A DNA stretch of 64,000 nucleotides, taken from contig CBDCOX010000002.1 of assembly GCA_965219995.1 (NCBI GenBank), positions 5,056,001-5,120,000 of the forward strand, read 5' to 3'. The DNA is from Candidatus Latescibacterota bacterium (GTDB lineage Bacteria; Latescibacterota; UBA2968; GCA-2709665). Below are positions 56,900-64,000 of this stretch, piece by piece (the stretch's first letter is position 1; each line of letters begins with the position of its first letter). A program made the position numbers and the translations under genes. The notes under the pieces were generated by a model. The model did no database searches, was not told the DNA's origin, and saw only the letters and a list, made by a program, of their open reading frames with translations.

Positions 56900-57649
56900 T
56901 TGGAACGCGAAGATATCTTTGACAAGGTTCAGTCCATTGTTGAGGAAAAGGACCTGTACGCCGCGAGCGAGTTTGTGTTTGGACTCGCGGATGAATGCGA
57001 TGTCGCCGAGGCATTCGGAAACCTGGTGCTGGACTGCTACTGGAAGGCCAAATCCATCGAGCAGGTGATCCACTTTGCGGACGCGGGCATCCACTATTGT
57101 CTCGCCAGGACGTGGTCTTCAGGCGACCTGAGCGACGACCTCTACGACGAAATCTACGACGATCCCGAGAGGGAGCTTCTGTTCGTCGCCAAGCGGACGG
57201 CCACGAATGCCGCATCCTTCACCTGGATCGGCTGGAACGAACCGGACATTGAGATTACGCCCGAGCAGAGGCGGCGCGGTATCGCGTTCGCGCGGTACAG
57301 CGTCAGGCAACTACGTGAACTGGACCCGACTGGCGCGCAGCTTGCCTATACGTACTGGTATCTCGGCGCGCATCTCCTGGCAGACGAGTCATACACGGAG
57401 GCGCTGTCCGTGTTCGCGGAGGCGAGGGTCTTTAGCGGCTCGAACGGGGGAGACCCGGATCAGCAGGCCATGCTCGACGGATACATGGGGCTGACGAAAA
57501 TCCTTTCGGGGGACAATGACGTTGGCGAACCGGAATTCGATACGGCCGTTGCCGCCCTCGAATCCCGCGACAATGAAGACGCCGCCTTCTACGCGCAGCA
57601 ACTCGTCGACGTGAGGGCATTTTTTGAGAGGCGGTTGGAAGAATCCTAA
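56900..57649 (+). CDS. hypothetical acidic helical (TPR-like) protein
   Basis: 249-aa ORF with TTG start after AGGAGG; helical-repeat character; no family recognised. Confidence 0.65.
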   Translation: MEREDIFDKVQSIVEEKDLYAASEFVFGLADECDVAEAFGNLVLDCYWKAKSIEQVIHFADAGIHYCLARTWSSGDLSDDLYDEIYDDPERELLFVAKRTATNAASFTWIGWNEPDIEITPEQRRRGIAFARYSVRQLRELDPTGAQLAYTYWYLGAHLLADESYTEALSVFAEARVFSGSNGGDPDQQAMLDGYMGLTKILSGDNDVGEPEFDTAVAALESRDNEDAAFYAQQLVDVRAFFERRLEES

Positions 57650-57718
57650 CGAGACTTCGCTACGCTCAGCCGCAACCAAATCAGGTACATGTGAATGCGA
57701 GCGCTTTCGACGATTTAA

Positions 57719-57804
57719 TCACTCCCCCCTTGAGGGGGAGTCGCAGAAGCCGATCCGATCCCTGAGCTTGTCGAAGGGCCGGCGAAGGCTGATGCGGTGG
57801 GGGG
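57719..57804. repeat. REP-like palindromes
   Basis: ACTCCCCC/GGGGGAGT hairpin, nested CCCTGAGCTTGTCGAAGGG, and a GATGCGGTGGGGGG tail. Confidence 0.6.
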
Positions 57805-58030
57805 ATCGCAACGAGTTTTTTTTTGATAGTTGGCAGCATGAAAAACTATGGATGCATATTGCGAGGAAGTCTTACTGTAACACTCTAACGGCCGAGCAGG
57901 ACAACCACACGGGTTGGCAATGCAGACAAAGATTCAGCAATCAGTCGCCAGAGAGAAAGCTGTCAGCCGTCAGCTAGAATCAAAATCGAACATCAGATTC
58001 AAAACCCCCTTTTCCCCAAATTCCCTAATG

Positions 58031-58282
58031 GCGGGGAGACGGGAGAGGTGAGAGGTGAGAGGAGATGAGTGCCCTATGGTTTTTCTAGTCGTTACGATAA
58101 CGGTAAATTAGCAGGCACGGTTTGTGTGGAAACACTGCTGGAATTGTCTTCATCTACCGTCTCCCGTCTTACGTCTCACCGGTTTTATTGCCCCGTGCGA
58201 TTTTATTTCTTGCCGCAGGCATTGAGGTAGAACCAATCGGGCAAGGATGTCATCTACCGTCTCCCGTCTAGCGTCTCCCCGC
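58031..58282 (+). repeat. heptamer-bounded intergenic element, copy C
   Basis: Terminal inverted repeat GCGGGGAGACG/CGTCTCCCCGC; homologous over its length to 62353-62605 and in its 3' half to copies A and B. Confidence 0.85.
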
Positions 58283-58309
58283 TTTTTGAAGACCTTACAC
58301 CCAAACCAG

Positions 58310-58397
58310 ACACAGTCAACTCAAACGAAGACACAAAGGGAAGACCGAAAACAGATACTGTCGCATTTTGCGACACCTATTCGACAACATTGCGACT
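58310..58397 (+). repeat. second dispersed repeat, copy E1
   Basis: AGACACAAAGGGAAGACCGAAA...ACTGTCGCATTTTGCGACAC resembles 62096-62190. Confidence 0.65.
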
Positions 58398-58421
58398 CTT
58401 TGAAACGAGAATCGGAACGAG

Positions 58422-60422
58422 ATGGCTTCACGGAGGAAAAAGACAGATCCTGCAGAGCCCGTTGATCCTTTTTCGGAACTGACGTGGGACGATCTGGACG
58501 AATGGGCGGGCAGTCGCATCGTCGCCCGGGGCCGGTCCTATCAGAGAAAAGGGGCGGTTAGGGAATTGCAGCGCGACGAAGAGGGCGCGCTGGTCGCCTG
58601 GGTTGCGGGCAATCGCCTCTATGCCACAAGGGTGACCATCGAAGGAAGCAGGGACCTGATATCCGAATGTACCTGTCCCTACTGGACGACTTGCAAACAC
58701 GCGGTAGCTGTCGTGGTGGAATATCTGGAGGTGGCAAAGTCCGGAAACGCCGTCGGCCAGGTCGAGGCCGACGATCCGCGCGTTGAGCAGTTGGACGCAA
58801 GAATGGAGAACTTCACCGATGCGGAAGAATTCGAGACGTTGCAAATGGATGAGGAGTACGTTGAGACACTTTCCGAAAGCTCCGGGTCCAGCCAGTCACC
58901 GGATTCTTCGTTGCAAGCCTACCTGCAAGAGCATACCACGGCCGAACTTGTAGCGCTACTGCTGGAACTTGCCGAAACCCACGACGAAGTGCGCCAATCT
59001 CTCGAAAACCGCCGCAGCCTGACCTCGGGGCAGACCCGAGAAGTTCTTCAGAGAATCCGCTCCGAGATCGCGGCCCTTGAAGAACCCGTATGGGACCACG
59101 ATCACTACGGGTACCAGGCGGTCAATACGGAGCGCCTCAAGGCGATGCTCCAGGCGCTGGTGGCGTCCGGACAGGTTGACGCCGCCGTGCAACTGGGACC
59201 CGAACTGCTTGCCGCCGGCACTCAGGCGCTGGAATACGAGCACGAGGGGGAGTCAAGCGAAGCGATCGGCGAATGTCTCGACGTCCTTTTCCAGGCCCTG
59301 GACAGGAGTTCCATGTCGCCCGCAGACCGGATCGTATGGGTCCTGGATATGGCACAGACGGACGAGTACGAACTCTGCTCCGAAGGATTTGCAAATCTCT
59401 GGGTTGAAGACTATGATAAACGCGACTGGTCGAAGGTGTGCGACCGCCTGGCCCAGCGACTGGATGCCCGGCCGTGCTCTGCCCGAAATAGCGAGGGGTC
59501 GGGTGAATACAAACGGGACTACATCGTTGACTGGCTCATCAGAGCCATGGAAAAGGCCGGCAGGCGGGACGAGATCATTCCTTTGTGCAAGCGCGAAGCC
59601 CCCATCACCCTTACTTACAATCGCCTGGTGGACCGCCTGATGGCAGAGGGCGTGTGGGACGAGGCGCGGCGATGGTGCCGGCAGGGGCTCGAGGCGATTC
59701 ACGACCGGTATCCAGGACTGCGAGCGGAGCTTCGAGAGCAGCTGCAGACGATCAACAAGCACAGCGGCAATCCGCTTGCCGGGCTGGCCATTCATGCGGA
59801 GGAGTTCTTCGCCGAACCCGGCGCGGAGGCATTCCTGGATCTGTATGACGCCGCCCGGGGGCAGGGCGTTGGGGAGGGCGTCGAGGCGTGGTGCAGGCAC
59901 TATCTCCTGACTGGCCGGCGGCCGCGAAGCGGCAGGAAACGTAAAAGTGATCCGGACGTGGACTGGCCCCTTCCCGCTCCGGAAGTCGAAATACCCGCGC
60001 CACGCGGTGACAATGAGGCGCCTATGGTTGACGTGCTGATCCTCCTGGCCATTGCGGAGAAGAAGCCGAACGAGGTTGTGAAGTGGTACGACCGTGCGGG
60101 TTTGACAGAAGCGGAGCACTGGGAGCGTGACGTCTCCCTCGACGAAGACGTGGCCGAAGCCATCGCATCGACGCATCCCGACCGGGCGGTGGCAATCTGG
60201 AAGGACCTGGCGGAGGCGGAGATCGCCAGGGTAAAGCCGGCGGGGTACCGGGAGGCGGTTCCCTATCTGCGCCAGGTCAGAAATGTACTCACCCGGTCAG
60301 GTCGCGAGGGGGAGTGGGAAGAGTACCTCGCCGCCTTGAGGCAGCAGAACAAGCGCAGGCCCCGGTGCATCGAGGAGCTGGATCGACTCGAGGACGGCCG
60401 CCGGCGAATCATAGATAGGTGA
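58422..60422 (+). CDS. SWIM zinc-finger protein with C-terminal helical domain
   Basis: RGRSY...G.V and CTCPYWTTCKHAVAV (CxC...CxH); C-terminal Y.EAV..L and RRP...EEL. Confidence 0.88.
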   Translation: MASRRKKTDPAEPVDPFSELTWDDLDEWAGSRIVARGRSYQRKGAVRELQRDEEGALVAWVAGNRLYATRVTIEGSRDLISECTCPYWTTCKHAVAVVVEYLEVAKSGNAVGQVEADDPRVEQLDARMENFTDAEEFETLQMDEEYVETLSESSGSSQSPDSSLQAYLQEHTTAELVALLLELAETHDEVRQSLENRRSLTSGQTREVLQRIRSEIAALEEPVWDHDHYGYQAVNTERLKAMLQALVASGQVDAAVQLGPELLAAGTQALEYEHEGESSEAIGECLDVLFQALDRSSMSPADRIVWVLDMAQTDEYELCSEGFANLWVEDYDKRDWSKVCDRLAQRLDARPCSARNSEGSGEYKRDYIVDWLIRAMEKAGRRDEIIPLCKREAPITLTYNRLVDRLMAEGVWDEARRWCRQGLEAIHDRYPGLRAELREQLQTINKHSGNPLAGLAIHAEEFFAEPGAEAFLDLYDAARGQGVGEGVEAWCRHYLLTGRRPRSGRKRKSDPDVDWPLPAPEVEIPAPRGDNEAPMVDVLILLAIAEKKPNEVVKWYDRAGLTEAEHWERDVSLDEDVAEAIASTHPDRAVAIWKDLAEAEIARVKPAGYREAVPYLRQVRNVLTRSGREGEWEEYLAALRQQNKRRPRCIEELDRLEDGRRRIIDR

Positions 60423-60493
60423 GCCGGAGCATCGACCAGCGGTTACGTCCGGCTCTCACCAAACGGAATCCTCACACGGAGCCACAAAACCCC

Positions 60494-62047
60494 ATGAACG
60501 TCAAGGACCGTCTGCTGCTGTCCGGCCGCAACCTACTCGGCAGTCTGTCGCGCGACGACGGCTACCTGCCCTATTGGCACATGGCCGTCGACGAGGACAT
60601 GGGCGCGATGTACCAGTTTCGGCCATACTGCACCGGCCACAACGTCGGACGCTGGTGGAACACTATGCTGCGGCTCGAGCGCGCCGCCGGCTTCGAGATC
60701 CCCGGGGAGATGGAAGTGGCGATGCTGGAGAACAGCCGGCGCCTGTCCGACAACGCCAGCGGCATCTTCCTCGAGGACGTCGACCCCCGGGACCCGGCGA
60801 CCTGGTACATCCACTCCTACCGCGAGACCATGCTGTCCTTCGGACTGCTTGTCGAATGCCGCGGTAACGCCCGCGCCGCCGAGTGGGGCACCCGGGCGAT
60901 CGAGGGGATGAGCCGCGCAAGCCGGGAACTGATGGAGTGGAGGTTTTCGTTCGACGGCGGACCTGAGCGGGCAAAGCACGGCAACAGCGCCGTCCCGGCC
61001 TACACCCACGGCCGTGCCATCGAAGGCCTGCTTTGTTTCCACGCGGCCACCCGCGATTTGGCCGCCCTCGAGGAAGCGGAGCGCCTGGGCGATTTCCATT
61101 TCGAAACCCTGGTGAACTCGGACGGCAGTCTCGCCCGGGGCTGCGGCCACCACACCCACTCGTACCTGAACACCCTCCGCGGCCTGCTGATGCTGGCCGT
61201 GCTCCAGGGTTCGCGAGAACGCCAGGAGTTGATTTACAAGACCTACCGGGGGGCCGTATCCGGGATGATCACCCGCTCGGGGTTCATCACCCACGACGTC
61301 GGCGCCCGTTATGGCGGCGACATCGCCTCGGCAGGAGACATCGCTCACATCGCCCTGTTGCTGTGGGACCTGTTCGCCGACCCCGGACTGCTCGACGATG
61401 CGGAGCGCATCGCGCGGGCCCGGCTGTTCCCTGCGCAGGTGCGGGAACCTGTTCCTATTCGCCCTGCCGAAGCTGCCGACGCCCGGGACTGCTACCGCGA
61501 CCTCCCCAACCGCTTCTTGGGCGCCATCGGTGGCTCCGTAGGCCACGTCAGGGGGCAGACCTGCGTCACCGATTTCACCGCCGCTGCCCTGCACAGCCTG
61601 ATCGAGCTCTGGAACCGGACCGTCGACGTCGAGGGAGAGTTCGTCCGCGTCAACTTCCACTTCGACCGCGAACTGCCCGAGGTGGGGGTGAAGGCGGAGC
61701 GCGACGAGAACCAGGCCCGGGTCACCGTGGTCAACCGAACCGGAAAGGAACTGCGGCTGCGCTTCCCGGGCTGGGCGGATGAGGCGACCTGCGCGGTGAC
61801 CGTCGACGGGCGGCCTGTCGAGGCAACCGTGGAGAACGGGTTTGTGGTGGTGGCGCAGGGTGAAGGGGCGACGACCAGCGAGTTGCGCTTCGCTCTTCCC
61901 GAATACGAGGAGGAGGAACTGTCGCGGGACGAGTCCGCCGAAGAGGAGACGGTGACGTTTCGCTGGCGCGGCGACGAGATCGTCGACGTCAGCAGCGGCG
62001 GACCCTACCTGGCCCCGCATCCGAAATTACGCCGGTCGCTGGTGTAG
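60494..62047 (+). CDS. hypothetical GH127 (beta-L-arabinofuranosidase)-like (alpha/alpha)6 protein
   Basis: HNVGRW, GHHTHS, DDAERI.RA.L and C-terminal LRLRFPGWA..VTVDG...GF beta domain. Confidence 0.6.
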   Translation: MNVKDRLLLSGRNLLGSLSRDDGYLPYWHMAVDEDMGAMYQFRPYCTGHNVGRWWNTMLRLERAAGFEIPGEMEVAMLENSRRLSDNASGIFLEDVDPRDPATWYIHSYRETMLSFGLLVECRGNARAAEWGTRAIEGMSRASRELMEWRFSFDGGPERAKHGNSAVPAYTHGRAIEGLLCFHAATRDLAALEEAERLGDFHFETLVNSDGSLARGCGHHTHSYLNTLRGLLMLAVLQGSRERQELIYKTYRGAVSGMITRSGFITHDVGARYGGDIASAGDIAHIALLLWDLFADPGLLDDAERIARARLFPAQVREPVPIRPAEAADARDCYRDLPNRFLGAIGGSVGHVRGQTCVTDFTAAALHSLIELWNRTVDVEGEFVRVNFHFDRELPEVGVKAERDENQARVTVVNRTGKELRLRFPGWADEATCAVTVDGRPVEATVENGFVVVAQGEGATTSELRFALPEYEEEELSRDESAEEETVTFRWRGDEIVDVSSGGPYLAPHPKLRRSLV

Positions 62048-62095
62048 GGCGGTTGCCCGGGGCCTCGCACAGCGGTTACGTCGGGCTTCCGCCAA

Positions 62096-62190
62096 CACAA
62101 TCCTCACACGAAGCCACAAAGACACAAAGGGAAAACCGAAACCTGCAACTGTTGCGTATTGCAACACTTTCTCAACGTCAAACGCGACGA
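62096..62190 (+). repeat. second dispersed repeat, copy E2
   Basis: CACGAAGCCACAAAGACACAAAGGGAAAACCGAAA...ACTGTTGCGTATTGCAACAC, similar to 58310-58397. Confidence 0.65.
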
Positions 62191-62352
62191 TGGTGTTCAG
62201 TGCTGTTCCGAAGAGCAGCAAAAAACCGCATTCGTCTTGATTCGAGAAACCAATGCGTTGACGTGGGCGCCATAAACCTTCAGAATCAGAAAAGGCGCAT
62301 CGAGGGCAAGATGCCCTCGCTCCCAAAGAACCTCCCTCCCGGCCCCTACCCC

Positions 62353-62605
62353 GGGGGGAGACGGGAGACGGAAGAGTGGAGAAAATATGAGTGCCCTATA
62401 GTTTTTCATGTCATTACGATCACGGCAAAGAAACCGGCACGTGCTGTATGGAAACACTGCGGTAAAGGTAATCCTCTACCGTCTACCGGCTCACGTCTCA
62501 CCGGTTTTGTTGCCTCGTGCGGTTTCATTTTTCGCCGGAGGCAAAAAGAAAGAACCGATTGGGCAAGGATGTCATCTACCGTCTCCCGTCTCCCCTCTCC
62601 CCGCC
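62353..62605 (+). repeat. heptamer-bounded intergenic element, copy D
   Basis: GGGGAGACGGGAGACGG...CCGTCTCCCGTCTCCCC ends; shares ATGAGTGCCCTAT, TGGAAACACTGC and GGGCAAGGATGTCATCTACCGTCTCCCGTCT with copy C. Confidence 0.85.
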
Positions 62606-62679
62606 TCTTGAAAGGGAATAGGGGATTTGTGGGGTGGGGAAGAGTCTACGGTATAATAGACAGCCAAATGGAGGTCTTC

Positions 62680-63468
62680 ATGGACATGAATCTCAAGGGC
62701 AAAATCGCGCTGGTGACGGGCGGGAACCGCGGGATCGGTCTCGCGACGGCGATGGGCCTGGCGGAGGAGGGGTGCGACGTTGCGATTTGCGCCCGGCGGG
62801 AGGAGACGTTGGCAGAGGCAGCGGCGAAAATCGAGGCGCTGGGCGTCCGTGTTGCCGCCATCCAGGCGGACGTGCAGGACCCTGACGACGCGGCGCGGTT
62901 TGTGGAGGAATCCGCGGCACGGCTTGGCGGGATCGATATTCTGATCAACAACGTGGGCGGCCGGTCCGGCGACCGGCTGATGGATTCGACCGACGAGGAC
63001 TGGGTGGAGACCTTCGACAAGAACGTGTTCCACGGCGTGCGGCTGACCCGGCTTGTGGTCCCTCACATGCGGGCGCGGGGCGGCGGTTCGGTGGTGTTCA
63101 TCTCGTCCATATCGGGATGGATACCGCAGCTGAGCGGCGCGGTTCAGTACGGCGCGTCCAAGGCCGCCCAGATCTTCATGGCCGAACCCATGGCGCTCGA
63201 ACTGGTGCACGACCGCATCCGCGTAAACGTGGTATCGCCGGGGTCGATTATTTTCGAAGGCGGCGGTTGGGACGGTATGCGTCAGGAAAAACCGGAGGTG
63301 TTCGCCGCTTACGAGAGAGACGGATTTCCGATGGGCGGTCTCGGATCTCCTGAAGACGTCGCCGACGTGGTTGTGTTCCTGGCATCCGACCGCTCCCGCT
63401 GGGTGAATGGCGAAAACGTCCGCGCGGACGGCCTCGAACAGCCGGTTCCCGCGGTGCGGCCGTGGTAG
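62680..63468 (+). CDS. SDR-family oxidoreductase
   Basis: TGGNRGIG, LINNVG, SSISG, YGASKAA and VNVVSPG motifs; GGAGG RBS. Confidence 0.93.
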   Translation: MDMNLKGKIALVTGGNRGIGLATAMGLAEEGCDVAICARREETLAEAAAKIEALGVRVAAIQADVQDPDDAARFVEESAARLGGIDILINNVGGRSGDRLMDSTDEDWVETFDKNVFHGVRLTRLVVPHMRARGGGSVVFISSISGWIPQLSGAVQYGASKAAQIFMAEPMALELVHDRIRVNVVSPGSIIFEGGGWDGMRQEKPEVFAAYERDGFPMGGLGSPEDVADVVVFLASDRSRWVNGENVRADGLEQPVPAVRPW

Positions 63469-63497
63469 CCGCGGAGCAAATTGGGAATTCTGGCACG

Positions 63498-64000
63498 ATG
63501 GAGCCGGACGAAGACCTGGATACAAGGCGGTCGAGGACGCGGGCGATCATCGGAAAGTTAAAGGGCATTTATCCTGACGCCGAATGTTCGCTGTCTTACG
63601 AGAATCCGCTCCAGTTGCTGATCGCCACGATGCTCTCGGCACAGTGTACCGACGAACGCGTCAATAGGGTGACGCCCGGTCTCTTCGAGCGGTGTCCGAC
63701 GGCCGTGGATTATGCCGATGCGCCCCTTGAAGAATTGGAGGACCTGATCCGCTCGACCGGTTTTTTTCGCAATAAAGCACGAAATATCCAGGGGTGCTGC
63801 CAGGCGCTGGTGGAAAACCACGACGGAAAGGTGCCGCGGACTCTGGATGAACTGGTGGCGCTCGACGGCGTTGGAAGAAAGACCGCCAACGTCGTTCTGG
63901 GAAACGCATTCGGAATTGCCGAAGGCGTGGTCGTGGATACGCACGTGCGCCGGATATCCAATCGACTGGGCCTGACCCGCAGGCAGGACCCTGTCAAAAT
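63498..64000 (+). CDS. nth: endonuclease III (runs off the window; absent from the ORF track)
   Basis: Manual translation gives LLIATMLSAQCTDERVN, IRSTGFFRNKA, GVGRKTANVV and VVDTHVRR. Confidence 0.95.
   Translation, partial: MEPDEDLDTRRSRTRAIIGKLKGIYPDAECSLSYENPLQLLIATMLSAQCTDERVNRVTPGLFERCPTAVDYADAPLEELEDLIRSTGFFRNKARNIQGCCQALVENHDGKVPRTLDELVALDGVGRKTANVVLGNAFGIAEGVVVDTHVRRISNRLGLTRRQDPVK

Noticed and set aside
58247-58465. Short ORFs beginning MSSTVSRL.. in the repeat copies as a peptide family
   Set aside because: They are translations of the heptamer arms and diverge immediately outside the repeat.
54974-60422. polX, hypothetical and SWIM genes as a defence island or prophage
   Set aside because: No integrase, phage structural gene or recognisable defence nuclease/ATPase; the genes are separated by repeat-filled gaps.
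62053-62679. N-terminal extension of the SDR ORF (471 aa in the track)
   Set aside because: It runs through non-coding repeats E2 and D; the real start with RBS is near 62680.

Overview
GC-rich bacterial chromosomal window, probably from a diderm (it encodes TolC). The repertoire of orphan Gfo/Idh/MocA, enolase-superfamily, DUF3604 and GH-like genes resembles Latescibacterota/Gemmatimonadota/PVC genomes, but taxonomy is only an inference. There are about 50 CDS: housekeeping genes (purD, purE, dapA, dapB, pckG, ispH, dut, hflX, mrp, ggt, rarA, polX, partial nth), an RND efflux system, several peptidases and two clusters of orphan metabolic enzymes. I found no rRNA, tRNA, CRISPR array, transposase or integrase. 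Main observations: (1) a clear lysine riboswitch, with promoter and terminator, heading a dapA-pckG-dapB(-long transaldolase) unit; (2) an unannotated 17-codon Pro-Pro-Pro leader ORF plus intrinsic terminator in front of a stand-alone sigma70-region-4 protein, i.e. a candidate attenuator; (3) a four-copy, heptamer-bounded, hairpin-forming intergenic element and other 9-bp-period palindromes; (4) an M28/DUF4910-like peptidase fused to an AAC(3)-family acetyltransferase; (5) a PolX with Asp->Asn at the third catalytic position; (6) a 1333-aa RND permease with a large hydrophobic insertion. All product calls come from motif recognition by eye, not from database searches.
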